From Patescibacteria group bacterium (GTDB taxonomy: Bacteria > Patescibacteriota > Patescibacteriia > UBA2591 > JAQWAS01), in assembly GCA_028707495.1 (NCBI GenBank), contig JAQWAS010000001.1:48382-112381 (forward strand): a stretch of DNA of 64,000 nucleotides. The letters run 5' to 3'. The notes beneath the pieces were generated by a model that was given only the letters and a program-made list of their open reading frames with translations, made no database searches and had not been told where the DNA came from. This document shows positions 39,675-50,162 of this stretch, in pieces; positions within the stretch are counted from its first letter, which is position 1; every line of letters begins with the position of its first letter. Position numbers and translations under genes: made by a program.

Positions 39675-41158
39675 AATTATTAACCCAAAAAACAAACTAT
39701 TTAAAAATTGGCACGATTTTTTTATTTTTATTATTTTTAGAAATAACATCGTTTGTAGGTTATTTAAATCCTGAAGTTAATGTTTTAGTTTTTAGTTTAA
39801 TTTTATTTTTTACTTTGATTTTAAGCTGGCAAAAATTAGAATACGGAATTTACATTATTTTAGCTGAGTTATTTATTGGTTCAAAGGGTTATTTATTTTT
39901 TTTACCAGTTGGTGAAAAAATGATTTCCTTGCGGATTGCTTTATTTGTGATAATGATGTTGGTTTGGGGATTAAAACTAATTATAGTTTGGTTTAAGAAA
40001 CATTCTTGGCCTGATAATTTTTTTGAAATTAGAAAATCTAAATTTTTTAAATATTATTTAATTTTGGCTTTATGTTTAATCTGGGGTGTAGTTTGGGGGT
40101 TAATTAGAAAAAATAGTTTAAGCAATCTATTTTTTGATTTTAATGGTTGGTTATATTTTATTTTAGTTATACCATTTTTTGATATTATTAAAACTGAACA
40201 ACATATTCAAAATATATTTAAAATTTTATCAGCTAGCTTGTTGATAGTTTGTTTTAAAACGGTATTTTTATTCTGGGTTTTTACTCATAACTTAGTTTGC
40301 TGGATGCAACCATTATATCGTTGGATGAGCGACAATTATATTGGTGAAATTAGTCTGATGAGTTATGATTTTTATCGTGTTTTTATTCAATCACAAATTT
40401 TTGTTTTAGTTGGTTTTTTTGTATTTTTGGTTGTTAGTTTGCGTTTTTTATTTAAACAAAACAACGGCTGGTTTAAAAATAAAAATTTGGCTTACGTTCT
40501 AACTGTTTTAAGCAGTTTAACTTTATTGATTAGTTTTTCGCGCTCTTTTTGGGTGGGTCTATTGGCTGGTATAATTTTATTGTTAATTTTAAGTAAAAAA
40601 GCGTGGCCACAGATTAAAATTAGTTTAGTAAAAATAGTTTTAGTTTTAATTTTAATTGCAGTTAGTAGTGCAGTTTTGGCCTTAGGTCTAGCTAATTTGC
40701 CCAAACCTTCTGGCGAGGTGGTTTCCCTGACCAGTTTAGTCGAGAAAAGACTAACCCAAAACGAGGTGGCTGGTATGAGCCGTTTAAATTTAATTCAACC
40801 ATTATTAAAAGCTATCGCTAAACATCCGGTGATTGGTTCGGGTTTTGGGCAGACGGTAACTTATCAATCCTTAGATCCTAGAAATTTAAAAGATAATTCT
40901 GAAGGTTGGTACACAACTTTCGCTTTCGAATGGGGTTATTTTGATATTTGGTTAAAAATTGGTTTGGTTGGATTGATGGTTTATTTATTTTTAATCTGGC
41001 AGATTATAAAAAGTGGCTGGCAAAATAGGTCAATTTTAAATATAAGTTTAATTCTAGGTTTAGTCGCGGTTTTAGTTACTAGTTTTTTTAGTCCGTATCT
41101 AAATCATCCCTTGGGGATTGGTTATTTAATTTTATGTTCAGTTATTTTTGAAAAATGA
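39671..41158 (+). CDS. Wzy / O-antigen-ligase-like polytopic membrane protein
   Basis: 495 aa, about 10-12 TM, large periplasmic loop with RSFWVGLLAG. Confidence 0.5.
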   Translation: MKLLTQKTNYLKIGTIFLFLLFLEITSFVGYLNPEVNVLVFSLILFFTLILSWQKLEYGIYIILAELFIGSKGYLFFLPVGEKMISLRIALFVIMMLVWGLKLIIVWFKKHSWPDNFFEIRKSKFFKYYLILALCLIWGVVWGLIRKNSLSNLFFDFNGWLYFILVIPFFDIIKTEQHIQNIFKILSASLLIVCFKTVFLFWVFTHNLVCWMQPLYRWMSDNYIGEISLMSYDFYRVFIQSQIFVLVGFFVFLVVSLRFLFKQNNGWFKNKNLAYVLTVLSSLTLLISFSRSFWVGLLAGIILLLILSKKAWPQIKISLVKIVLVLILIAVSSAVLALGLANLPKPSGEVVSLTSLVEKRLTQNEVAGMSRLNLIQPLLKAIAKHPVIGSGFGQTVTYQSLDPRNLKDNSEGWYTTFAFEWGYFDIWLKIGLVGLMVYLFLIWQIIKSGWQNRSILNISLILGLVAVLVTSFFSPYLNHPLGIGYLILCSVIFEK

Positions 41159-41976
41159 AATTACCAAATTTAACATCAAGATTTTATATTTTTTTTAGTC
41201 ATAAAGTTTTCAAAAAATGGAAATCAACCCTACGGGGTTTATATTATAGTTTAACTAAGTTGATTTATTATGGTACTTTTGATATGTTTGCAGCAGTGGA
41301 TATAGAGACCATTAGTAGTTGTAATTTAAAATGCCATTATTGTCCGACAGCTTATTATGATCGTGGTCAGCATTTAATGTCAGAAAATTTGTTCAAAAAA
41401 ATTATTGATGAATTGGCTGAAATTAGGTTTAGGGGTAGGATTTCACCACATTTTTATGGCGAACCATTATTAGATGATAGATTGTCTAAATTATTATTAT
41501 ATGCTCGACAAAAATTACCACAGGCCGATATTATTATTCATACCAATGGTTTGTTATTAACTAAAAAAAAGTTTGATGAATTTTTAAAAAATAAAGTTGA
41601 TGGATTTGTAATTACCCTGCACAATGATTTAGTTAAAAATAAAATGGATCAATTTTTTAAATTATTAAATAAAAAAGAAAAACGTAAAATCAGAATTTTA
41701 AAGCCCGAAAAAATGATTTTATTTAATCGCGGTGGATTGGTTAAAATAACAAGAGCACATAAAATAAAAAGATGTTTTTATATACGCGATGAAATAGCCA
41801 TTAATTATGGCGGTGAAGTGGTTTGTACTAATGATTTTTTGGCTAAATATAGTTTTGGTAATGTTAAAAATCAATCATTGACGGATATTTGGCATAAACC
41901 CAAATTTAAACAAATCAGACGAAATCTTTTAAAAGGAAAACCGGCCATGAATATTTGTCGAAATTGTTTGAAATAA
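41155..41976 (+). CDS. radical SAM protein with SPASM/twitch-like C-terminal Cys cluster
   Basis: CNLKCHYCP (CxxxCxxC) and C-terminal C..C..CRNC. Confidence 0.65.
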   Translation: MKLPNLTSRFYIFFSHKVFKKWKSTLRGLYYSLTKLIYYGTFDMFAAVDIETISSCNLKCHYCPTAYYDRGQHLMSENLFKKIIDELAEIRFRGRISPHFYGEPLLDDRLSKLLLYARQKLPQADIIIHTNGLLLTKKKFDEFLKNKVDGFVITLHNDLVKNKMDQFFKLLNKKEKRKIRILKPEKMILFNRGGLVKITRAHKIKRCFYIRDEIAINYGGEVVCTNDFLAKYSFGNVKNQSLTDIWHKPKFKQIRRNLLKGKPAMNICRNCLK

Positions 41977-42044
41977 AAAACCCCCGAACGTGATTAGTCC
42001 GGAGTAGGTTTTATTCGATCCAACATTAATTTATCAAATTATTT

Positions 42045-43058
42045 ATGTCAACAACTAAAGTCGCTATTAGTTTGGTTACCTGGAACGCAGTCAAATATCT
42101 GCCATGGTGTTTGGATTCAGTTTTAAATCAAACTTTCAAGGATTATGAAATTTTAATTATTGATAATGCCTCGACTGATGGCACAGTTGATTTTATTCGA
42201 CAAAACTATCCGAATTTAAAAGTAGTAGTTAATAAAAATAACTTAGGTTTTAGTCAGGCACACAATCAAGCGATTCATTGGACCGAAAGTCAATATGTTT
42301 TATGCTTAAATCAAGATGTAATTTTAGAGCCAGATTTTTTACAACAAGCCATTGATTTTTTAGATCACAATTCAAAGATTGGGAGTTTAACTGGCAAATT
42401 ATTAACTTGGAATTTTGACGAATCTAGCATCTTGCCCAAAATTACCAAAAGTGGTAAGTTAGACAGCGCGGGTCTAGTCATTCATAAAAATCATCAAATA
42501 GTTGATATTGGTCAGGGACGCAGAGATGGAGAACAATTTAAAACTGGTCAGGAAATTTTTGGAGTTTCTGGCGCTGCGCCAATTTATCGTCGTCAAGCCC
42601 TAAATGATGTTAAATATAAAAACGAATATTTTGATGAAAACTTTTTTATGTACAAAGAAGATGTTGATTTAGCTTATCGTTTAAGATGGTATGGTTGGTC
42701 GGCGGCATATTGGCCAGCAGTTGTGGCTTATCATCAACGGGGTGCCCAAGGTAAAGAAAATTTTAAAAGTACTCATCAGCATCGTTCAGTTAAGTCTGAT
42801 TTTGTTAATTATCATTCCTATAAAAATCACTGGTATGTTTTAATTAAAAACGAAACGCTGAACAATATATTTGTTCATTTACCGCATATCTTTTGGTACG
42901 AATTTAAAAAGTTTATTTATTTAATTCTATTTGAAAAACAAACCTTAAAAAGCTTTAAAGAAATTAAAAAATATTGGCGTTTAATGTTAAATAAGCGGCA
43001 CTATATTTTAAAAAATAAAAAAGTTGAATCTAAAGAAATAAGACAATGGTATGTATAA
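42045..43058 (+). CDS. glycosyltransferase family 2
   Basis: ISLVTWN..IIDNASTDGT; KEDVDLAYRL. Confidence 0.75.
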   Translation: MSTTKVAISLVTWNAVKYLPWCLDSVLNQTFKDYEILIIDNASTDGTVDFIRQNYPNLKVVVNKNNLGFSQAHNQAIHWTESQYVLCLNQDVILEPDFLQQAIDFLDHNSKIGSLTGKLLTWNFDESSILPKITKSGKLDSAGLVIHKNHQIVDIGQGRRDGEQFKTGQEIFGVSGAAPIYRRQALNDVKYKNEYFDENFFMYKEDVDLAYRLRWYGWSAAYWPAVVAYHQRGAQGKENFKSTHQHRSVKSDFVNYHSYKNHWYVLIKNETLNNIFVHLPHIFWYEFKKFIYLILFEKQTLKSFKEIKKYWRLMLNKRHYILKNKKVESKEIRQWYV

Positions 43059-43860
43059 AGATGTAGCTATAATCATAGTAAATTATAAATCAAAAGGCTT
43101 ATTGAAAAATTGTTTAAAGTCTATTTTTAGTGATTTGGAAAATACAACTTTAAATTACAGTGTAGTCGTGATTGATAATGATTCTCAAGATGATAGCGAA
43201 CAAATGTTAATTCAAGAATTTCCTCGGACTGAGAGGATTTTTTTAAAAAATAATTTAGGCTACGCTCGAGCCGTTAACCTTGGTTTGAAAAAATTTCCAG
43301 CTAAATATTATTTTGTTTTAAATCCTGATACTCTGTTTTTAGAAAAAAAAGTTATTGAGCGTTTGTTTAATTTTATGGAGGCACATCCACGAGTTGGTTT
43401 GGTTGGACCGAAATTAATTAATCCCGACCGAAGTATTCAATATTCAGCTTGTCGTTTCCCTAACTTTTGGGTACCAATTTATCGTCGAACCAAATTAGGT
43501 AAATTAAAACGAGCGAGTCAAAAAATTGATCATTTTTTAATGCATGAATGGGATCATCGTGATACTCGAGAAGTTGATTGGGTTTTGGGTACGGGTATGT
43601 TTGTGCGCCATCAGGCTATGGAAGAGGTTGGTGGTATGGACGAAAGATTTTTTATGTATTTTGAAGACGTGGATTGGTGTCGGCGTTTTAAAGAAAAGAA
43701 TTGGCCAGTTTATTATTTGGCTGACGTTGAGGTTATTCATTATCATGGCCGTCCTTCAGCTGAAATGACAGGTATTAAAAGTATTTTATTTAGTCGTGGC
43801 ACGCGCATACACATTGCTTCTTGGTTAAAATATTTTTTAAAATATTGGCTTCATAAATAA
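43051..43860 (+). CDS. glycosyltransferase family 2
   Basis: IIVNYKS..VIDNDSQDDS; FEDVDWCRRF. Confidence 0.75.
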   Translation: MYKDVAIIIVNYKSKGLLKNCLKSIFSDLENTTLNYSVVVIDNDSQDDSEQMLIQEFPRTERIFLKNNLGYARAVNLGLKKFPAKYYFVLNPDTLFLEKKVIERLFNFMEAHPRVGLVGPKLINPDRSIQYSACRFPNFWVPIYRRTKLGKLKRASQKIDHFLMHEWDHRDTREVDWVLGTGMFVRHQAMEEVGGMDERFFMYFEDVDWCRRFKEKNWPVYYLADVEVIHYHGRPSAEMTGIKSILFSRGTRIHIASWLKYFLKYWLHK

Positions 43861-43866
43861 TTTTTT

Positions 43867-45819
43867 ATGGATTATTATACCTTTCAGCAACAAGCAACTA
43901 ATTTTTTAGACCAACAAATTAACCGGCCACGCTGGCGCAAAGTTAAAATTGGCTTAACGATTTTTTTCTGTTTAATTTTAATTTTAATTGGTTTTAGTAT
44001 TAAAGATTTATTTTTAATTAAAAATGTTATTCAAAACAGTTTACAAGCTAAAGATTTAATTGTCACCGTGCAAAATGATTTAATGCGTCAGGATTATCAA
44101 GTTATTAATCAAAACATCGATCAGGCTGATTACATTTTAAATCAACAATTGTCGGCGCTAGATAGATTATTAATTTTAGATAAATTGCCGATGGTTAGGC
44201 GACAGGTTTTTTTAATTGAAAATTTTTTAATGTTAGGGCAAAACACGACACAAACTTTAAAAATAATTTTACCGATAGCAGATAATTTATTGCAAATTAT
44301 TAGTCAAGCCCAATCATTAGAAAATGTTTTGCAAGATCAACGTTTAACAATTTTAAATTATTTAGAAGCGAATCATACACAATTAATTTTAGCAACTGAA
44401 AAAATTAATGTTTCTCAAGAATTAATTCAAATAATTGATGATTATTCAACCTTTAAACAAGCTGAAGAATTAATTGATGTGTATGTTAAAGATTTGAAAT
44501 CAACCTATAAATTAGTTGGTCAAATAGTTGATTTTTTAAATATTGCGCCACAAGCCTTGGGTTATCCTCAAGAAAAAAATTATTTAATAATTTTACAAAA
44601 TAATAATGAATTAAGACCAACGGGCGGTTTTATCGGTAGTTATGGAATTTTAAAATTACAAAATGCAGAAATCAAAGAATTGAAAATAGATGACGTCTAT
44701 AATCTCGATAAATTAGTTGAGGGTGATTTAAATCAATCATCCCCAGAGCCTTTGTGTCAGCACGCGCATTGGTGTGATTGGTATTTACGAGATGCCAATT
44801 GGTGGCCAGATTTTCCCACCTCAGCTCAAAATATAATTCATTTTTATCAACTCGAAAGACAAGTAGCTAATTTAGACCTACAGCAAATTGATGGGGTGAT
44901 AGCGATTAATCCAGAATTTGTAGTTAATCTAGTGGAATTAATTGGTCCGATTAAAATCAATAATATAGAATTCAGTAGTGATAATTTTGTTCAACTTTTA
45001 CAAGAAGAGGTTGAGATGACATATTATGAAAAGGGCATTCCGCAGGCTGAGCGTAAGGAAATTTTAAATGATTTATACGCTTTTATTTTTAAACAAATTT
45101 TAAGTTTACCTTTGGAAAAATATTTAACGCTAGTTAATATTACACAGAATAATATCAATCAACGTAATTTAACTTTTTATTTTACGGATCAAAATTTACA
45201 AAATTATTTTGAACAACATAATTGTACGGGCGAAATAAAAAATTTGGCGGGAGATTATTTGATGTTGGTGGATACTAATTTACGTAGTTTAAAAACCGAT
45301 CGTTTAATTCAACGTCAAATAAATTATCAAGTTTATCCCGATGAAGATGATTTGATAGTGCAACTAAAAATTCATTATACTAATTTGGGTCAAAATGAGG
45401 ATTGGCAAACCGATGATTATCGAAATTATGTTAGAATTTATTTACCCAAAGATATAGGATTAATTGACAGTTATGGTTTTATAAAAAATGAAGGTACGCC
45501 AGCCTCAGCTGAGCCTTTAATATATACAGAAAATAATAAAACCGTTTTAGCTGGTTTAATTATGGTTCCCTTGGGTCAAGAAAAAGAAATCGGATTTACA
45601 TATCGTTTACCAAAAGAAATTAGTCAATTTAAAGATTATAATTTATATATTCAAAAACAATCGGGTATGCAAAATGTAAGTCTAAATGTTGATTTAAAAT
45701 TTAATAAAAAAATTAGTCAAACTAAGGCTACAGATGTGTATATTCAGCAAATCAATCAACAACAAGTTAAAATTGAAAATAATTTAAAACAAGATTTGGC
45801 GATTGAAATAAATTTTTAA
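43867..45819 (+). CDS. DUF4012-like membrane-anchored protein
   Basis: N-terminal TM; NNELRPTGGFIGSYG signature as recalled for DUF4012. Confidence 0.45.
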   Translation: MDYYTFQQQATNFLDQQINRPRWRKVKIGLTIFFCLILILIGFSIKDLFLIKNVIQNSLQAKDLIVTVQNDLMRQDYQVINQNIDQADYILNQQLSALDRLLILDKLPMVRRQVFLIENFLMLGQNTTQTLKIILPIADNLLQIISQAQSLENVLQDQRLTILNYLEANHTQLILATEKINVSQELIQIIDDYSTFKQAEELIDVYVKDLKSTYKLVGQIVDFLNIAPQALGYPQEKNYLIILQNNNELRPTGGFIGSYGILKLQNAEIKELKIDDVYNLDKLVEGDLNQSSPEPLCQHAHWCDWYLRDANWWPDFPTSAQNIIHFYQLERQVANLDLQQIDGVIAINPEFVVNLVELIGPIKINNIEFSSDNFVQLLQEEVEMTYYEKGIPQAERKEILNDLYAFIFKQILSLPLEKYLTLVNITQNNINQRNLTFYFTDQNLQNYFEQHNCTGEIKNLAGDYLMLVDTNLRSLKTDRLIQRQINYQVYPDEDDLIVQLKIHYTNLGQNEDWQTDDYRNYVRIYLPKDIGLIDSYGFIKNEGTPASAEPLIYTENNKTVLAGLIMVPLGQEKEIGFTYRLPKEISQFKDYNLYIQKQSGMQNVSLNVDLKFNKKISQTKATDVYIQQINQQQVKIENNLKQDLAIEINF

Positions 45820-45854
45820 ATTTGCTATAATACAAGACTATAAAAATTAAACTT

Positions 45855-46862
45855 ATGTTTAGTAAAAAAATAGGTATTGATTTGGGGACAACTAACACTT
45901 TGGTCCATATTCCCAAACGTGGGGTGGCAATTAACGAACCATCGGTCATTGCTATTTCTAAAATTGATAAAAAAATATTAGCCGTAGGCGAAGAAGCTAA
46001 AGACATGTTGGGTCGCACACCAGATTCAATTATTGCTTCTCAACCCATGAAAGATGGAGTAATCGCCGATTATCGAGCCACTGAAGCTATGTTAAAATAT
46101 TTTATTAATAAAACTTTAACCGGTTTTCGTTTTTTTCGTCCCGAAGTGATGGTCTGTACACCCGGCGGTGCGACTTCAACTGAAAAACGGGCGGTGATTG
46201 ATGCGGCCATGGCGGCGGGGGCTAAAGCGGCTTATATTATTAAAGAACCAATTGCGGCAGCCATTGGGGCTTCTATTCCAATTGGATCAGCTTCAGGACA
46301 TATGATTGTAAATATGGGTGGTGGAACTTGCGAAATTGCTGTTATTTCTTTGGGCGGTATTGTAGCTAGCAGCTCAATTCGAGTCGCTGGTAATAAATTT
46401 GATATGGCTATTTTAGAACACGTGCGTCGTCGCTATAATTTAGATATTGGCGAAGCGACCGCTGAACAAGTTAAAATTAATATTGGTTCAGCTCTTTTCT
46501 TAGAAAATAAATTAAAAATGCGAGTCAGGGGTCGCAATACTATTACGGGTTTGCCGTATACAGTGACAATTACTTCTAATGATGTAACTGAAGCTATTCA
46601 AATAGAATTAGAAAACATTATTTCTGCTATCAAAATGGTTCTACGGGATACGCCTCCAGAACTTTCGGCTGACGTGATGGATAAGGGTATTGTTTTAGCT
46701 GGTGGTTCATCACAGCTACGCAAATTAGATAAATTATTTTCTCAGGCTTTAAATATTCCAGTTTATATTGCGGATGAACCGATTTTATGTGTCATTCGAG
46801 GAATTGGTTTAGCCTTAGATAATTTGGATTCATACAAGAGAAGTTTGTTATCTAATAAATAA
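45855..46862 (+). CDS. actin-like MreB paralog (first copy)
   Basis: IGIDLGTTNTLV; GGGTCEIAVISLGG; full-length MreB alignment. Confidence 0.8.
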   Translation: MFSKKIGIDLGTTNTLVHIPKRGVAINEPSVIAISKIDKKILAVGEEAKDMLGRTPDSIIASQPMKDGVIADYRATEAMLKYFINKTLTGFRFFRPEVMVCTPGGATSTEKRAVIDAAMAAGAKAAYIIKEPIAAAIGASIPIGSASGHMIVNMGGGTCEIAVISLGGIVASSSIRVAGNKFDMAILEHVRRRYNLDIGEATAEQVKINIGSALFLENKLKMRVRGRNTITGLPYTVTITSNDVTEAIQIELENIISAIKMVLRDTPPELSADVMDKGIVLAGGSSQLRKLDKLFSQALNIPVYIADEPILCVIRGIGLALDNLDSYKRSLLSNK

Positions 46863-46864
46863 AT

Positions 46865-48418
46865 ATGGAAGGATCACCTGACTACAAATCACAACCTGAT
46901 ATTGAAAATGATAGAATAAATCAAGCTGATAAATTAATTAATACGGAAGAAAAATTAAAAGAACCAGAATCTTTTTGGTTAAAAAATTTTGAAAAACTCA
47001 AAGAAAAAGCTAAAGAAATTTTAAAGAAGTCCTCGGCTAAAGCTAGGACTTTTGTGCTTTACGGTATGATTTGTTTGGCAACAGCTAGTCCAGAAGCAAC
47101 CCTAGCTAAAGCTAAATTTAATATTGATAATGAAAAAAATATTTGGGAATTGTTTATTGATGATGAAGATGAAAAAAATAAAGAAGTCAAAGAGGGATAT
47201 TGTTTGAAATTAGTTCCATTAAATGAAATTGGAATTGACACAACGAGTCATAAATTTCAATCACCGGTTTTTGAAAAAATAGACACTACAGCCGTAGAGA
47301 TGTCTGGTGTTAATTATGAAATTAAAGATCGCCAAAGTTTTAATGATTTTGTTTCAGAGCAAGCAATTTTAAAATCAGAGGAATTAGGTTTTGAGCTCGA
47401 CAAAATTACACCTCAAGAATTAATTTTACTCACAGCTAAAATCACGGAAGATAATTTAGAATACGAATACGGAGCAAATTGGCTTGATGCTGTAGTTTAT
47501 TCGGATAGTATTGATCAAGAGATAAGTGAAATGCCCTTAGATCAAATGTTAATTAAAAATAAAAAGGGTGTTTGTCGGCATTATGCTGTTTTATATAAAT
47601 TAATTTTTGATGAAATAAAAGAAATATCCAAATCGTCATATTTAGAAAATATTTTAGTTAAAGAGGTGCCGAATTTTAACATAATGCATGCGTATAATGT
47701 GGTTTTTGAATTACATCAAGATGATAAATCAACCACGATTAAAATGTCATTTTTAGATACAACCTTTGACGATAATTTGGGGAATTTTAACGATAATTTG
47801 GAGGCGGGAGATGAAGACCATGGGGGTAAAAGAGAAAATTTTTTGGGCACTACTTTTGGTACGGTTGAATTGTTTAATTTTAATGAACAAATTGATGTTT
47901 TGGACGCTTTTAAAGAATTTTACGTTGATTCGACAGATGTATATAATGAAATGGTAATTTCTAAATATGATTTAATTATGTATTATGCTGATCAAGAAAT
48001 GGCTCAAGCGGTTTTATTTTCCGAGAAAAAAGATCCTGAGGGGATAGAAAAATCTTTAGAAATTTTACAGCGGGCTTGGGATGAATTTAAAAATGATGTG
48101 GTGGCACGAGATAAATATAATCCAAATTTTATTAGTTTAGAGGACAGATTGTTTGTAGATCGTAAGTTGGGAGATTATGTTAAATTATATTGGAGAGATA
48201 TTCCAATAGAGATTTTAGATCCTATGATTAAAGAATCTATAGATATGGGCATTATAATGCCAGCTAGGTTTTTATTAACTAATCTACAAGAAGAAGCTTT
48301 AGTTTTGTCATCTAAAAAGGCCAGAAAAGAAAATCAAAAGAGAATAGATGATTTAGAAGGATATTTAATTGGGACTGAATTTAAATTTGCCATGGGATTG
48401 GATAAATCCAAAAAATAA
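46865..48418 (+). CDS. transglutaminase-like (TGc) domain protein
   Basis: KGVCRHYAVLY (Cys), MHAYNVVFE (His), SFLDTTFD (Asp) with canonical spacing. Confidence 0.5.
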   Translation: MEGSPDYKSQPDIENDRINQADKLINTEEKLKEPESFWLKNFEKLKEKAKEILKKSSAKARTFVLYGMICLATASPEATLAKAKFNIDNEKNIWELFIDDEDEKNKEVKEGYCLKLVPLNEIGIDTTSHKFQSPVFEKIDTTAVEMSGVNYEIKDRQSFNDFVSEQAILKSEELGFELDKITPQELILLTAKITEDNLEYEYGANWLDAVVYSDSIDQEISEMPLDQMLIKNKKGVCRHYAVLYKLIFDEIKEISKSSYLENILVKEVPNFNIMHAYNVVFELHQDDKSTTIKMSFLDTTFDDNLGNFNDNLEAGDEDHGGKRENFLGTTFGTVELFNFNEQIDVLDAFKEFYVDSTDVYNEMVISKYDLIMYYADQEMAQAVLFSEKKDPEGIEKSLEILQRAWDEFKNDVVARDKYNPNFISLEDRLFVDRKLGDYVKLYWRDIPIEILDPMIKESIDMGIIMPARFLLTNLQEEALVLSSKKARKENQKRIDDLEGYLIGTEFKFAMGLDKSKK

Positions 48419-48523
48419 GTTTATGCTGATTGGCATCGACCCCGCCCATCACGAAAGGTGGGGCGCGACGAGGATGTTTCAATGTTTGTTTTATCAAATA
48501 AGTTTAATTTTTAAAATAAGTTT

Positions 48524-49648
48524 ATGTTTATCGGTATCGACGCTTCACGCGCCAATAAAAAACATAAAACCGGAGTCGAATGGTATGCTTATCATTTAAT
48601 CCAAAATTTAAAAAAAATTGATTCACACAATCAATATTTTTTATATACCAACAAAAAATTAAAAGGCGAACTAGGCGATTGCCCGGCTAATTTTCAAGAG
48701 GTAGTTTTAAATTGGCCACCACGGTATTTATGGACGCAAATTAGATTATCTTGGGCTATGAAATTTAGCAAATACAAACCAGATGTTTTATTTATTCCAG
48801 CTCACACTATTCCAATTTTACATCCGAAAAATTCAATCGTGACTATTCACGATGTGGGTTTTGCGCGTTTTCCAAAATTATATAACTGGAAAGATAAATT
48901 GTATCACAACTGGACTTTAAAATTTATCAAAAAGCATGCTAAAAAAATAATTACAGTCTCCCAATTTTCCAAACAAGAAATCGTTAAATTTTATAAAATT
49001 AAGCCAGACAAAATCCAAGTTATTTACAATGGCTTTGATGCGGGCAATTATCAATCTGTTCAAGATAAAAACTTAATTCAACTAATTTTAGAAAAATATA
49101 GCATCACTCAACCTTATTTTTTAAATATCGCACGCTTGGAATATAAAAAAAATATTTTAGGCTTAATTAAGTCTTTTGAAATTTTTAAAAATAAATTTGA
49201 ATCAGCCCAAAATTTTAAATTAATTTTAGTTGGCAATAGGGGAGCTGGCGCAGATCAAATTTTACAAGCTATTGAGAAATCAAAATTTAAAAAAGACATT
49301 TTAACTTTAGGTTGGCTTGACAGAAGAGATTTAAACTATTTAATGAACGGTTGTCGAGCTTTTATTTTTCCATCTTTATACGAAGGTTTTGGCATTCCAG
49401 TTTTAGAAGCCATGTCGTGTGGCGTACCAGTGATAACTTCTCGAGCAGCTTCATTACCAGAGGTGGTCGCAGATGCTGCTTTGTGTGTTGATCCAGAAAA
49501 TTATAATGATTTGGCTCAAAAAATGTATCAAATTGATACAGATGAGAATTTGCGTCAAGAATTAATTAAAAAAGGTTTTCAGCAAATTAAAAAGTTTTCT
49601 TGGCAGGAATGTGCGCAAAGAGTTTTGGATGTGTTGACAAGAGATTAA
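48524..49648 (+). CDS. glycosyltransferase family 1 (GT4)
   Basis: YEGFGIPVLEAMSCGVPVI. Confidence 0.8.
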   Translation: MFIGIDASRANKKHKTGVEWYAYHLIQNLKKIDSHNQYFLYTNKKLKGELGDCPANFQEVVLNWPPRYLWTQIRLSWAMKFSKYKPDVLFIPAHTIPILHPKNSIVTIHDVGFARFPKLYNWKDKLYHNWTLKFIKKHAKKIITVSQFSKQEIVKFYKIKPDKIQVIYNGFDAGNYQSVQDKNLIQLILEKYSITQPYFLNIARLEYKKNILGLIKSFEIFKNKFESAQNFKLILVGNRGAGADQILQAIEKSKFKKDILTLGWLDRRDLNYLMNGCRAFIFPSLYEGFGIPVLEAMSCGVPVITSRAASLPEVVADAALCVDPENYNDLAQKMYQIDTDENLRQELIKKGFQQIKKFSWQECAQRVLDVLTRD

Positions 49649-49731
49649 TTATGTGATAGGTTTATAACAATATTAAATAATATAAAAAGTTCTTTATAGA
49701 ATACAATAAAAAAATAAGGAGAGAAGGCATA

Positions 49732-50127
49732 ATGAAAAAATATTTCGTAAGCGAATTGGTGGCCGTTATTCTAACTGTTATACTGTATTTAATAACCAGA
49801 TTAGTTTTTAAACTTAGTTATGAGATTTCAATGGGGGTAATATTCTTTTTTTCTCTACTCATATTAGCTAATTCTGAAGTTGAAATTGGGGCAGCCGATG
49901 GTGTCGTAACAATTGTTGTCGGTATTTTTATCGGCTTTGTTAATCCAATTGCGAGTATAATAGTTTTTTTGGGAACAATTACCGCTATAATTATAATGAT
50001 AGCTTCGGTAAGTAGCGATAAGACTCTCAACTCTAGAATCAAAAAATTTTTCATTTTCATGACCTTGCTGGTAGAATTTATTTTTTTAGGAATGGCCTTT
50101 GATCAATTTCTACCAACGTTCTTATAG
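49732..50127 (+). CDS. small membrane protein (131 aa)
   Basis: Three to four hydrophobic helices. Confidence 0.4.
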   Translation: MKKYFVSELVAVILTVILYLITRLVFKLSYEISMGVIFFFSLLILANSEVEIGAADGVVTIVVGIFIGFVNPIASIIVFLGTITAIIIMIASVSSDKTLNSRIKKFFIFMTLLVEFIFLGMAFDQFLPTFL

Positions 50128-50133
50128 TTTTCT

Positions 50134-50162
50134 TAAAAACCGCTACAATGGCGGTTTTTTAT
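50134..50162 (+). terminator. rho-independent terminator (aaaaccgc..gcggtttt + T6) abutting IS end
   Basis: 8-bp stem plus TTTTTT. Confidence 0.6.

Noticed and set aside
43537-43768. Pair of overlapping small ORFs on both strands inside GT2 gene 43051-43860
   Set aside because: Embedded in a confidently assigned glycosyltransferase reading frame (FEDVDWCRRF motif region).
49634-49660. TTGACA hexamer at the end of the GT1 gene as a fifth promoter-module copy
   Set aside because: Lacks the agaaa..taat spacer signature and has no credible -10 at 17 bp; at most a weak generic promoter.
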